Shown: positions 1 through 12,312 of the stretch, in pieces | How the letters are laid out: each line of letters starts with the position of its first letter | How positions within the stretch are numbered: the first letter of the stretch is position 1 | Origin: Saprolegnia diclina VS20 | Lineage: Eukaryota | Direction of reading: 5' to 3' | DNA length: 64,000 nucleotides | Assembly: GCF_000281045.1 (NCBI RefSeq) | Contig: NW_008246174.1 | Span: 3,042-67,041, forward strand | Translations under genes and position numbers: made by a program | Notes under the pieces: generated by a model | The model's database searches: none | Told to the model about the DNA's origin: nothing | What the model saw: only the letters and a program-made list of their open reading frames with translations

Positions 1-1249
1 TAGGCCTCTCTACACACTCACTGAACGGTGTACATGTCGTTTCCGACGCTGAACGTGGCGTCATCACACGTAAAACCATTTTTCATTTTTTGAGGTGGTG
101 GCACAATTGCTCAAGTACTCTACATGAAATCGCGGGGTTTGAAAGCCCCAACGACCCCAATTCTGGCTGCCACAGTTGGCTATGGATCTTGACCCGATGT
201 GCGACCAGTTTGTTGGGCCGCGCCGTTGCTTGGGCGCTCACACCAAACTCAAACTGCCGAGCGTCGGTTTTCCCAAAATGCGGCACGATATTTCGATTGA
301 AAATAGGTTGGAATCGCGGAAACTGAGGACGCCATCTTGTTTTGTTCACGCTGGAGAGCGTGTTGCATGTGGCCGAGGAAGGCATCGCGCCTGCGATATG
401 CCCCGTAATGAGCAGCGTAAGGAGGCCTGTCCGTAATACAGTATTTCAGTGTAACCAAATACACACTATATCCTAGCCAATCACCAGTGTTCTTGCCCCA
501 TTTTAAGTTTTTGTGGGCCATCGTCGCGCAGGACCGCCAGCACGTATGTGGCAAGCCGAGCACAGGCCTCAGTCCGCAGGCTCATGCAACGTTGATGTAG
601 GCGTGGCGCAGCTTCAGCATCCGTGACGAGCCACCGATGCGGTCCTAGGGCGGAGCCCTGGCCAAATTTTTCGACGGCCTCTCGCGCGTCGGCCACGCGA
701 CCGCCTCCGTGAGATGCGCTTGGACAAGTTCCCCAGACCTGCGACGACGCTGGGAGCGACGCCACGTTATCTAGCATCGTGAGCGCCACGGCATCATGCG
801 CTTGCGCGTCCAGAACGACCAGCGCTAGGGCCGCGTTCGACCTACGGCGGGTGTGGTGCTCGCGCGCTCGTCACTGCCGCCACACTCTACGTACATCTCG
901 GGCGTCGACGCGCGACTCGTGTCTCGGCGCGAAGCTTGCATGCGGTTGGTCGCGCGCTGCACTCAAATCCATCGCCATGCCAACGTTCGCAACGACGGCC
1001 TTGCCGTTACTCAATGGAACGAGCGCAACGACAAGGAGAATATAATATTTTCTCTGCTCATATGCCATTTTCCATGACGCCGGCCGTGGCGGTGCATGGC
1101 CAAAATGTAGAAAATGTTGGAGAATGCTGGGATTATTTTCAACGGCCCACTACAAGTCGCTAGTGATGGAGAGAGATGGAACGTGCTGATTTGCGGCATT
1201 GTTGGGCACTGGGTGATTTTTCAACGAATTGATTTGCATCGAATCGGTC

Positions 1250-2409
1250 ATGTCGCAGCCCGTTGTGCCGGAGGTCGCCATGTTGCCGCGCGCATGGCCG
1301 ACGTTGGACCATATCTCTCTCACGATAACGATGACAATATGGATCATGAACGCGCGGGTGCTAGCGACCGTCCGGCAATTGTTCCTCGCCAATGCGGCAT
1401 CGCTTCATCGACGTACGTATCTCGGCACGGCCAATACCGCCTACGGACGGCCAATACGCCGTGCAAAGCTCATTTCTCACGGCGCTGGCCGACCTTCTCG
1501 TCTCGATACGTCGCGTGAACAAGCTTGCGTTGCGCGGTGTGTTCAAGGTGCGCTTTCCGGACGAGGCGGCTGCGGCGCTCACCGCATGGATCCAAGCGAC
1601 ACCGCTCATGTCGCTGACGATGAAGAACGTGGAGGAGGTCTCATCCGCTCGACAACTCTGGGCAGAGCGAACGCGCGTCGCCTCACTTGAAACACGGCTT
1701 GGAGAGGACGGCGGGTCGACCTTGTGGGGTCACCTGACACACCTCGACGTCGAGCTCCTTCCACGTTCTCAAACGAGCTATGTGGTCGAAAGGCTCGTCA
1801 ACAGCGCGCTCGTGTTGCTACACGCGCGTAGTTCGGACGTGAGTCAAGACACGGACGGTCCTGATGTGCAGAGCTTTCTCGATGACGACCTTTCACGTCT
1901 GACGCGGCTCACAACATTGCGCTTGACCAAAATCCATCTCTCGACGACCCACTGCCTCACGCTCGCACTGCTCTTACCGCGCTGCTCGCACCTCGGTCTC
2001 ACGTCCAACAAGCTGCACGACGTTGATGTCCTTGCCCTCGCGCTGTTCCTCCGACACGCCGCGCACCTCGAGACGCTCATGCTCGTCAAACAAGGCTTTG
2101 GTGACGTCGGCGCATCGGCGCTCTCGACTGCGCTCATGCAAACCCTGTTTACGCACGCTGGACCTCAGCCGCAACAAGACCAAGCGCAGCGGCGCCAAGG
2201 CGCTGGGCTGCCTCCTCGCACATCATCCGCGGTTGGCGACCTGTCGCCTGCAAAACAACCCGCTGGGTGCGAACGGCGTTGCTGTGCTCTTGTTTGCGTG
2301 GACGTTAAGGTCGCTCGATCCTTCACAGCCAGGCCGAGTTCAAGGTTTCATGCGCGCCCGGGCCACGGCTTTTGCGCAAGCTCGTCGCATCCGGATGGTG
2401 CAGTCGTGA
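1250..2409 (+). pseudogene. RNI-like leucine-rich repeat gene, frameshifted (probable pseudogene)
   Basis: LRR-like segments (LTTLRLTKIHL, HLGLTSNKLHDVDVLALA, LETLMLVKQGFGDVGASAL) in the 1392 frame continue in a different frame after ~2150 (LRTLDLSRNKTKRSGAKALG, LQNNPLGANGV), with no room for an intron. The 5' structure is uncertain (possible intron ~1417-1467). Confidence 0.55.
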
Positions 2410-2519
2410 CGTACTCGCCATTGCTGTTGATATGCAAAAGTCTTTCATCTCGCCTTTCTTGGCGAGCCCATCGAGACACGGGCCTTGCCAACCATGTTGG
2501 CTCGCAGGTCGTCGACGCC

Positions 2520-3050
2520 TAAAGCCGCAGTGCGTTCTGCGATGCGCTGCAATCCACGACGACGCTGAACGAGCTCGGCGTCTCGAGCGTCGGTAACCTC
2601 GGTGGCTTTCACCGTCGGCGACTCCTGTCGACCCTCCAGACCTTGGCATGGAACCCGCACTTGAACGGTCCCATCAACGACGCAAGGCTACACGACCTCA
2701 CAACGGCCGTCAGCCACACCCAGCTTAAGTCCCTCAACTGCAGCATCTTCGGCTAACTGACGACCAGTCCAGCTGCGGCACCGATGCTCGCGCAACTCGG
2801 CTGCCTTCACCTCTGGGAGGTTCCTGACGAGCAGTTGTTCCTGGCCAGCTTGACGTCAGTGCCGGTGCTGACGAAACTGGTCCTTAGCAACGTGACCACG
2901 ATCTCAACGGCCGAGACAGCAACACAGCTCATGGAGACGCCAGCGACAACATATGCACGCCTTAGGAGATATACGCCACCATGCGCTGCACCGGGATGGC
3001 GCCGCCAGCGGGCCGCCACGTCCGCGACCTCGACTTGAAGACAGACGTGC
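2520..3050 (+). pseudogene. Degenerate fragment of a second LRR-type family gene
   Basis: Reads FCDALQSTTTLNELGVS...LQTLAWN...LKSLNCSIFG*LTTSPAAAPMLAQLGCLHL...LTKLVLSNV, with an in-frame TAA at ~2755. The LxxLxL periodicity continues across the stop. Confidence 0.45.
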
Positions 3051-3455
3051 GCCATATCGTTGCGAACCCGTGCCCGTCGGTGACAGGTCTTGTGGGCTCT
3101 AGCTTTATAGTGTAGTTCAGTTCACCGAGTTCCGTTTGTCGTCGAGGCCCTCCCAGACGATATCGACTCTCACATCGTTGACGCACTTGGATCGCGTGCC
3201 TATCGAAGCCACCGCTGCCGTTTGATGCTCTAAACATCTGAATATGTGTAAAAGAGTGCGCTGGTCTTGACATACTTCCGCGGGGGTCGACAATACTACG
3301 ACCAGGTTTAGGGTAGTACATCCCATGACACCAGTTTGACGGCGGTGACGTGTTGGGTCTCGTTGTCCGTAGCGATGCGATGATTTCAGGCGACTCAAGC
3401 AAAGAATGGACGCAAAGAATATACACGTGTCCATTTCCAACGCGACACTATGTAG

Positions 3456-5821
3456 CTAGTTGTTGCTCTGCGTTGTGATGGAATCGATCTTCTTGGCAAG
3501 GTTCCGGTACTCTTCGCAGACACGGGACCAGTCGCGGCCGCGCTTGTCGCCGCACGTGAGGTAAAACTCGCACTAAAACAAGACTGAGCGTGGCCGCAAA
3601 GGTCGGTCGTACCGCGTGCGTGTCGGTGCTGTGGCATGCTTTCGGGTTGTTGCGGCGGCAGTCGATGTCTTGAACGAGGCCGCCAAGGCGGTCCACGCGC
3701 GGCACAAAGTCGCCTCGGGGCTTGACCGTGAGCACGTAGTCGCGAATCGGGCGCTCGTCGTCAATGTCGAACCGACCGCGTGAATACAAGAGACCCGGGC
3801 CCGAAAATGAGACCTAGCGTACGTTGGTTTCAGTGTATCAAGACGACAACCACGCACCGCGGGCAAGTGCATTTTGGCGCCAACGACGGCGGCCATGGCG
3901 CCACCGAGCGAATGGCCTGTCACAACGATGTTGGACTTTGTTTTCTTGAGCGTCTCGACCTTGTCCAGCAGCTTTTGGTAGACCTACGATAGCAACAATA
4001 TAGAAGAAGGTGTCAAAGCAGATGGTTGTACCGGTGTCGGGATGATCTTGTTGAGGAAACGTAGCGAGAGAAGGTTGACGACAAAGTCCTGGGGCAGTTG
4101 GCTCAGGAACGGGATAAAGATGTTAGCCGTTTGCATGATCGTGATGCCAAACCAGTAGTGCATGTCCTGGAGCGCATCGGCCGCCGACGCCGTGCCTGCA
4201 TCAAATTTGTGAAATTCGTAAAATTCAAAGAAATACCTCGGATCGCGACGACGGTCACGTTCAAGTCGGCAAAGTCGATCTGGAGCCACTGCTGGTGGTC
4301 GGTCTGGAGGTTGCTTCGATCTGGTACGCTCCAGTTGTTGAGCGCCGTGCCGTTGAAGCGCTTCCCGAGCATCGCGTCTTGGATCTCGTTGGTCGAGCCG
4401 TACGCGGCGTCGGCCATCAAGACAAAGTCGATCACGTCGAGCGTCTGGTGCGAAAAGTGGCAAATCGGGTACACGGGAATGTTGAACTGCCCGGGGAGCG
4501 CGATCGAGACGTTCGGGTGCAGCGGATCGACGGGCGGGCGCACGTCGAACGAGCCGCCCTTGACAAACGTGCCAATCGCAGAGGCCGACGAGATGAACAT
4601 GAAGGCCAGGAGCACGAACGCCAAGATAAAGTAAAAGAAGGACGTGCCAAAGATCTGCGGGAACCGCGTCCGGAGTGCCGACGCGAGGAGGAGGAGGCTG
4701 CAGCCCATGATGGGCCAGCCGAGCTGGAAGACGTAAAAGGACACGAACGCGCCCGCAAAGATGCACGGCAGCATCAACAAAATCTTGAGGTTCGGATGCA
4801 GCTTCCGGTACGGGTTCTTCTCGTTGACGGCGTGGACCGCGCGCGTGAGTCGCCCAGGCTCTCTTGGCGCGGCCGAGACGTCTTCGGGCTTGGTCCAGCC
4901 GAGACAGTAGAGCGCGCGGAAGCCAATGTCGAGGAGCCAGAAATGGTTGGCCCACTTGTCCTTGTGCAGACCGCGGACCTCGGCCTTCATGCGCTCGCGG
5001 TGCACGCGGTACGTGAGCACGAGGTACCGCATGCGCTTGCTGCGCGTGGTCCAGAAATGGCCGACGACCCAGACACAGAGGTAAAAGACGACCACGTAAA
5101 AGCCGGCTCGAAGGTACGTCGTGAACGCCTCCGAAAGCGAAAAGGTCGCAACCAGCGAAATCAGAAACGCAATCAGCGTCACGACCTCAAACAAAATCGG
5201 GCAAATCAGATCGACAAGGACAAACGTCGAGTAGTCAATGTCTCGACCGGCGACCGGGTTCTCGGCGTCGCCCGGCATGGCGCGCGGCTGGATCTCGAGC
5301 GCCGCGTTGTCGCCAAAGTACGGGTCCACGTTCGAGAGGTCCATGTGCTCGCGCGTCATGGCAGCCTTGTGGCGTGCGGCGTGGATGAGCACGGCGAGCG
5401 AGAGGCGGAAGTTGGCGAGGCTGCCTTCCGTGCCGCTGAGCGCATCGGAGAAGAGGCGCAGCGCCTCCTCAAACATGTACGAGAGGAAGAGAAGAGTCAC
5501 GGGCAGCGCGAGGAGCATGAGGAAGGACCGGAGGTAGTAGTTGGGGTCTTCGCGCGCGGCGGGAAGAAAGACCGCGAAGAAGAGCTCCATGAGGAGCGCG
5601 AACGAGAAGATGACAATCGAGATGAGGACGAGGAAGGCGAGGTAGCCAAAGCGGAACTGGCAGAAGCGGCGGTAGTTGGTCCACGCCTGCTTGGAGCGCT
5701 CGAGCACGACGAGCTCTTCGCGACGCTCCTCGAGCGCGTCCATGTTGCCGTCCTTGTTGAGGATGAGGCGCACGAAGCGCGACCGAGCGCGGTGCAGGCC
5801 AGCCTTGGCGTCAACGACCAT
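3456..5821 (-). CDS. Multi-pass membrane protein with C-terminal class-3 lipase domain (multi-exon)
   Basis: Several hydrophobic helices in ORF 4103-5830. Lipase_3 motifs are VVAIRG, TGHSLGGAMA (nucleophile elbow), DFVPRVD and CHS. A last exon after a GT-AG intron reads CEFYLTCGD...QSNN*. ATG at 5821 is preceded by Inr-like CCATTTG. Confidence 0.85.
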
Positions 5822-7249
5822 CGGCGTCAAATGGCAAAGTGCTGGGATTTGAAAGACAGACGCTTGCGTTGCCTGTCAAACGCGCGATCTGGGATTTACC
5901 TCCTTTTTCCCATTTTTATTGGACATGGTGCCGAATTGAATCTCCATTTGTGCCGAATCTAGAGACGTGTAAAACTTCGCATGGGATTTAGTTGGACATT
6001 GGATGGAAACATGGGACAATCAAACCGCCAGCTGGGTGACATTTTGACCAATGGCATCGCACGAGGCCGATTACGGGCCCTTGGCGCCACGAAGATGTTG
6101 CCAGATTGTCGCGAAGACGCTTGCAGGGATCGCTCAACGAGGCGGGTGATGTACACGTTTGCTCTTGCGATGATCAAATGTTGATAGAAAGGCTTTATCG
6201 ACTCAAGACGTCGGTCACCTGTTTCTTCACTGCTTCAATAGTTTGCGTCTTGGTTTTGCCGCAATCGCTCTGCTCGGTGTACTGTCGTACGAAGCAAACG
6301 TGGTCTCATCGGCTGCATTCCCTCGTACCAACGTTAGCGAGCGTACTACGCAACATTGACCCAACGGTGGTCCAGGTCGGCAACATTTGTGGTGAAGTGT
6401 CATTCGTTGCGACAACGATATCGTCGCCATGCTCAAATTACAAGAATGTTGTTGGGGATCGCGTTCTTGACAGTGGATGGGCTCATCGTCACTACCAGTG
6501 CACATGTAGTGAAGTAGACGCAGACTACGGTGCGGTTCCTTGCTCTTGAACGCTTTCAGGGCATCTGTTGTCTACCATTGCCCACGTTGTACGACTGCGA
6601 CGATGGCACCTCGAGGTCTGACTCCAGTGCCATATATATCAATGTATCGACTATGGGTGATTATGTTCCAAACGCAGTGCCGCCGACCCAGTTGCACCGG
6701 TGTCCTGATATGATGCCTACTCGCTGACACTACGATCGATCCTCTTTCTTTTGTTGAACAGAATGGCACGTTGGATCGCACCTTGCAACCAGTGTAGACG
6801 CACTGCGTGCTCTTCACGGCGTCATCCACCCATCACCTTGGCGAGTTCCTTTTCATACACACTGAGTGGGCCACTTACTTGATCTTCCGTGCTCGCTTTG
6901 ACTTGTTAAGTACTTACCACTTTTCCCGCACAGTCATCGTGGCGGAGCCCGTGTTGGACCGCATCAAGTCGAATGGCAACCAAGCGGTTCCCAGACGTCC
7001 TATCCATCCCTGGGGAGATCCGGTGGCGCGAATTACTTGCTACGGAAAGCTTTCTTGATTATATCCCTGCTTTTAACCTTTTGTGAATGTTGCTCTAAAG
7101 TCTGTATTGCACTACGGGAGTCATCTCAGGTCACGCGCGTGGCGATCGATATTGGCTGGCTTTGGGCTGCGTGTCAGGATCATTTTCCGCGCACCTCGAA
7201 GCGTCTCGCGAATATATTTTTATAGTTTGCTCGTTGCGTCATTATGGCG

Positions 7250-7510
7250 TTAATTTAGAATAAAGTGGATGCTGTGCGGGCTAACGCTGCCAGCCTGTGG
7301 TGGGCTTGTTGCCGAGGCTTGTCGCTGGGCAGCCTTTTCAGCTTTTCGGCGATGGTACCGCTCGTGCTGCCGGTTGCGCTCCTTGTCCGGGTCGTCTTCG
7401 TACCGCGCGCGCAATTTGGCCAAGATGACGTGGCGGTGCCGCTGGTAGTAGGCGCGTGCGTTCGCTCGGGCTCGCTGCGTCCGGTCGTTTCCCGTGCTCT
7501 CTGCGTCCAT
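7250..7510 (-). CDS. Small basic helical protein (putative DNA-binding/transcription regulator)
   Basis: 86 aa from MDAEST. It carries a basic tract RARANARAYYQRHRHVILAKLRARY...ERNRQHERYHRRK and ends SIHFILN*. Confidence 0.6.
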   Translation of the reverse strand: MDAESTGNDRTQRARANARAYYQRHRHVILAKLRARYEDDPDKERNRQHERYHRRKAEKAAQRQASATSPPQAGSVSPHSIHFILN

Positions 7511-8518
7511 GCTTATTATTTCGAAATGGCCACCGGCGACCGATCGAGAGCTGCATTGGACACGGCACTGCCGAGTGTCCAACGCACCCTTTCCGAGAGG
7601 CATACCCTCAACGTTTCTACTCGATCGTGGGTTCCTAACCGTGGTTGATCGCGCCCGTTGGAGTCCAACTGTAGCACTGAGAATGCTTCTGTGGTCGATA
7701 TGGTGCCTATAAGGTGCTATGCTTAGTGTTTGTATCTCGAGCCATCGTGTTGGCCTTCATGCGCTGGCCGACTCTACCGTACGAAGGCCACGTGGCTGAG
7801 AAGGGCAGCGCAGAGATGTCAAGCCGTGGGATGCTCGCGGGTGATGGACAGCTTGATGGACACTGAAGCGTGTGACTCCTCCCGTGGACATGGCCGAGTA
7901 CGAGTGTCTACAGTGGTAGCGTTGGCGTGTCGAACGCACCAAGTTCCAAGGTAGCCCTCGAATACAACCAGAGCGAGCGCTCTAAAGGTGTCATCACTCG
8001 GGATACATGGTTGGCCCCAGAAACGCCTCGTTCAAGGACTATTGAGGTGCATGCTATGTGGGGCATCGTGCACTTCTATGGCCCAAGACCGTTTCAAAAT
8101 GATTTGAAAGCGGCAGTAGACATCGTGTCCTCACCGCGTGTGACTCTGAAACACATGTGTTGGTGGTTCCACGGTCTACACGTCCGCCGCCGATCCGAGC
8201 TCTGTACGTATTCGGAAGAATACTGTGTCCCAATCACTTCTTATTGAGAGCCGAGTCGTTGCCAGCGTTCTTCCTTGTACGTGTTTCGTTCTTTAAGCCC
8301 AGGGCCTGAAGGTTGCAGTGGCATCCGGCTTTATACATCGGACTACGAGGCCGCATCTTGCTGTCGCCGACAACGGCACACTACATGAACGGACGTCGCC
8401 GACATGGACTGTCACACCATCTACCTCGGTTGCGATGGGCTGCATCAATCTTGTTTCAGTCGGATGAACACGAATTGCAAACGTATCTAGGACCATTCTG
8501 TGGTTATCTAGTGCATTC

Positions 8519-10015
8519 TTACTGCTGCTTGGTCTTGAGCTTGCGCATGGGCACAAGCGAGAAGACGACGTAGAGCACGGCCATGATGATGTGGCCCGAG
8601 AACTTCATGTGCGTGAGCGCCGCGAGCGAGTGCTCCCACGAGAGCGCCTGGAACGGGATGACGAGGTAGTGCAGCGTGAAGATCGTGCAGATCGTGCCAA
8701 TGACGTCGTACACGCGCTTCTTGGCTCCGAACGAGCCGTCGGCCTCGAGGAAGTAGGGCCGGATGCGCTTGAACGCGACGCGGTTGACGGCCGTCGGCAG
8801 CGGGATGCTCATGAAAAAGATGTAGTACCCGGGGTAGAAGCCGTGCCAAAACGCCGACACAAAGTACGTGGCCATGAGCGAGTTGCCCGTGCGGCTGTAC
8901 ACGTAGCGCTCGAGCCACGCCTGCGTGCCCTTGTTCCACGCGCGCGAGCCTTCGCGGATCGACGGGGCCAACTCAAAGCCGAGGACGTCCATGTTGCTCA
9001 CGCCGTTCCAGCCCTTGGACGCGCCGTCGGCAGCAAAGCCCTCGAAACCAAAGCCGCAGAGCACAGTCGCGCCCTCCGAGATCTTCCAAGCGCCGTAGTA
9101 CTTGGCCTTGACGAAGAAGAGGCAAATGTACAGCTGCAAAATGCGCTCGAAGTGCGGCAAGGCAGCAACCTCGTCGCTGTAGAGCATCGTGATCGGGTAA
9201 GCGCCGCCAAAGGCCACCATGAGGCCCATAAAGGTGACGCCGACGACAAACTTGGAGATGGTCGCGAGGAAGCGGCCGGGCCCGAGGCGCTTGGCGCCGT
9301 TGACAACATCGAGGTACTCGCGGAGCTCAAAGGCCGGGCCGGCGAGGAACGTCGTGAAGCAGTAGACGTAGGCAAAGAACTCGAGCAGCGACGGCATCTT
9401 GCTCACGCTGAGCGCCTTGCGGCTGGCGTACACGCGCGCGAGGCCCTTGTTGTCCGTGGGCGAGTTGAGGCGCTTGATGTCGACGACGCCGTCGTAGTAG
9501 TTGTACGCGAACGCCGTGAGCTTGATCACGAGGAGCATCTGCGGGCCGGTAAAGTCGAGGCTCCAGCCCATGTAGTCGACGTAGATGCGGTAGAGGTGCG
9601 CGAGCGACATGTACGTCATGTTGAAGAGGAAGACGATCGACGGTGCAAACTTGGCGGGCGCGAGCCACACGAGGAGGTACGTCAAGAACGACATCAAGAA
9701 CGAGTGCACCCACTGCGAGCCAAAGACAAACTGCGCGAGCGAGACGCCGACGCCGAGCGAGTAGAGGTGCTTGAGCGTCGCGGTCGGGAGGAGCTGGAAG
9801 AGGAGCGCGAGCGGGTACACGGCGAAGAGGCACACGGCGTAGCGCACCTGGTCGAGCTCCATGCCGGCGCCGGCCGCGATCTCGTTCAAGAAGGCGTTGG
9901 CGGCCTCAAACTTGAGCGGCGTGAGCGTCTGGGCGACACCGTCGAGCTGCGTGAGCGTCGGCGCGATAGCCTCCATGTAGCCATCGAGCACGCGAAGGGC
10001 GGACCCGAACTCCAT
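8519..10015 (-). CDS. MBOAT-family lysophospholipid acyltransferase (LPLAT/LPCAT-like), paralog 1, intronless
   Basis: Motifs DFTGPQMLLVIKLT, FLAGPAF, AWNKGTQAWLERYVY and SAFWHGFYPGYY (catalytic His). ATG at 10015 lies just downstream of Inr-like TCATTTT. Confidence 0.93.
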   Translation of the reverse strand: MEFGSALRVLDGYMEAIAPTLTQLDGVAQTLTPLKFEAANAFLNEIAAGAGMELDQVRYAVCLFAVYPLALLFQLLPTATLKHLYSLGVGVSLAQFVFGSQWVHSFLMSFLTYLLVWLAPAKFAPSIVFLFNMTYMSLAHLYRIYVDYMGWSLDFTGPQMLLVIKLTAFAYNYYDGVVDIKRLNSPTDNKGLARVYASRKALSVSKMPSLLEFFAYVYCFTTFLAGPAFELREYLDVVNGAKRLGPGRFLATISKFVVGVTFMGLMVAFGGAYPITMLYSDEVAALPHFERILQLYICLFFVKAKYYGAWKISEGATVLCGFGFEGFAADGASKGWNGVSNMDVLGFELAPSIREGSRAWNKGTQAWLERYVYSRTGNSLMATYFVSAFWHGFYPGYYIFFMSIPLPTAVNRVAFKRIRPYFLEADGSFGAKKRVYDVIGTICTIFTLHYLVIPFQALSWEHSLAALTHMKFSGHIIMAVLYVVFSLVPMRKLKTKQQ

Positions 10016-10893
10016 CGTCGCTGGCGTGGCGGAAAATGACAAATGCCACTCAGCCATCCTGCCTTCGTCCATCATCCGCCGCTCGTGATTGGCCAGTTGT
10101 TCGCATCAACACCGTATCCGGTCGTTATCCGGACTGTCGACGCAAGATTCAAGGCTTGCGAGCAGTGGCCACGAACGCTCGATCCGCGGACTCCTTGACC
10201 CAGCACGGAACGTTCGATGCATGATGCGCGACGAGCACACGCAGCAGCGACGAGGCTTTAGACACTGCGTTGCAAGGAGGCGCTAGAAACGAGCGTCTGA
10301 TGGCGCAGAAGTAAGACTGCCAGCGAGAAACAAGATAGAAATACGACTGCAAGATGGACGGGACGAACCCACTGCATGTGCTCCCCAGTGGATGCTACCA
10401 ATGCAAGCTGATGCGAAAAGTTGTCAGCATGCACGCGCTCAGCGCGCAGGGCGACGCAAGTCATTTCGTGTCGCTGCACGTGTGCAGTTGCTGCGACGGT
10501 GGACGAACGCTGTCGAACGCTGAAGCGCACCAAAGGTTGTCGCCACGTGGTGTTAGGCTCGCACGATCGCGAGACAGTCCGTGGCTACCGCTGGTGCTGG
10601 CTCCGGCCATCGAGCGCTGCCGAGGCTCCCCGATCCACGTCACCGTCGATGACGTGCAAGCGCAATCGAGCGAGCCAATGGCCTTGCGGGAAATCCGTTA
10701 AAGTGCGTTTTTGCGCACTTTGCGTGTGTTTTTCGGCCTGCGTCATAACCGGCGCTTGGATTGCGTCGATACCCGCTGGCGCCAGCGTGGCAGCGCCGAG
10801 TTCCAGCAGTTGGCGCGCCCAAGCTCAAGTCGCCCCGAAGCTACCGCACATACTACGTATACAACAATCTCAGTTCTCATTTCACATATTCCG

Positions 10894-12312
10894 ATGGAGG
10901 CGGTGGCCGCTCAGCTGGATGCATATGCGCTGGCGCTCTGTCCGTTCTCGTTTGAGCTGCTGCACGCGCACGTCGCGTCGCTCTCCAAGGTCCTCGGCTT
11001 CGCGCCCGACCAGCTGCGCTACACGCTGAGCTTGTTTGCGGCGTACCCGCTCGCGCTCGCCTTCCGGACGCTGCCGCCGCGCGCCAAGCACTGGTTCTCG
11101 TTCTTCTCGGGCGTCCTCATGGCGCAGTTCGTGCTTGGGTCGCAGTGGATCCACTCGTTCGTAGCGTCAACGGTCACGTATCTTCTCGTCAAGTATGCGC
11201 CCGCGGCCCGCGCCCCGATGCTCGTCTTCCTCTTCAACATGACGTACCTCTCGCTCTCGCACCTCTATCGCATCTACGTCGACTACCTCGGGTGGAGCCT
11301 CGACTTTACCGGGCCGCAGATGCTCCTTGTGATCAAGCTCACGTCGTTCGCGTACAACGTGCTCGATGGCGCAGCCGCGCCGGCGTTGGACCTTCCGGAC
11401 AAGGTCGCACGTGTCCGCAAGACGTATGCGATCGCGGAGCTGCCGTCGCTCGTGGAGTTCTACGGCTTTGCGTTCTGCTTTGCCACCTTCCTCGCCGGCC
11501 CCGCCTTCGAGTACCGCAGCTATGCCGACGCCGTCTCGGGCGCAACGTTCAAGCTCGCGCACAAGGCCTCGGCGCTCACGTCGTGTTTTGCCGCGGCAGC
11601 CGCCAAGCTCACGATCGGCGTCGTCTGCATGGCGAGCATCGCCAAGTTTGGCGCAACGTTCACGCTCGAGAGCGCATTTGGCGATGCGTCGGCGCCGCTG
11701 CTCTACCGCGGGTTTGCGATCTACATGGCGCTGCTCCTCACGCGCTGCAAGTATTACTGCGCGTGGAAGATCGCGGAAGGTGCGACCGTGCTGTGCGGCT
11801 TTGGCTGCGAAGGCATTGACGGCAACGGCCGCGTCGTGGGCTGGAACGCGGTCTCGAACGTCGACATTCTCGGCTTTGAGCTCGGCCAGAGCATCCGCGA
11901 CCTCAGCCGTTCGTGGAACAAGGGCACGCAGGCGTGGCTCGAGCGCTACGTGTACAGCCGCCATGGCAACTCGCTCCTTATCACGTACTTTGTGTCGGCG
12001 TTCTGGCACGGCTTCTACCCGGGCTACTACCTCTTCTTCCTCACGGTGCCGCTGCCGACCGCCGTCAACCGCCTTGCGCGCGCCAAGCTCCGCCCATACT
12101 TCTGCGCGCACGCTGCGTCCAAGGCCGTTTACGACGTGCTCAGCTGGCTCTGCACCGTGGTCGTCATCAACTACCTCGCCGTCGCGTTCGTGTCGCTCTC
12201 GTGGAGCGCGTCCATTGCGCGCTGGGGCCAAGTCTTTTTCGCGGGCCATGCCGGGCTGGTCGCGGCCTACGCGATCCTCATGCTGCTGCCCAAGCCGGTC
12301 AAGCAAATCTAA
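10894..12312 (+). CDS. MBOAT-family lysophospholipid acyltransferase, paralog 2, intronless
   Basis: Same motifs as paralog 1 (DFTGPQMLLVIKLT, SWNKGTQAWLERYVY, SAFWHGFYPGYY). Divergently oriented to paralog 1. Confidence 0.93.
   Translation: MEAVAAQLDAYALALCPFSFELLHAHVASLSKVLGFAPDQLRYTLSLFAAYPLALAFRTLPPRAKHWFSFFSGVLMAQFVLGSQWIHSFVASTVTYLLVKYAPAARAPMLVFLFNMTYLSLSHLYRIYVDYLGWSLDFTGPQMLLVIKLTSFAYNVLDGAAAPALDLPDKVARVRKTYAIAELPSLVEFYGFAFCFATFLAGPAFEYRSYADAVSGATFKLAHKASALTSCFAAAAAKLTIGVVCMASIAKFGATFTLESAFGDASAPLLYRGFAIYMALLLTRCKYYCAWKIAEGATVLCGFGCEGIDGNGRVVGWNAVSNVDILGFELGQSIRDLSRSWNKGTQAWLERYVYSRHGNSLLITYFVSAFWHGFYPGYYLFFLTVPLPTAVNRLARAKLRPYFCAHAASKAVYDVLSWLCTVVVINYLAVAFVSLSWSASIARWGQVFFAGHAGLVAAYAILMLLPKPVKQI

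Noticed and set aside
1..1200. Short ORFs at the window start
   Set aside because: No domain signature or consistent splice model could be supported.
7600..8500. Short ORFs between the microprotein and MBOAT1, considered as a transposon or gene relic
   Set aside because: I could see no recognisable motif, terminal repeats or coding-like bias.
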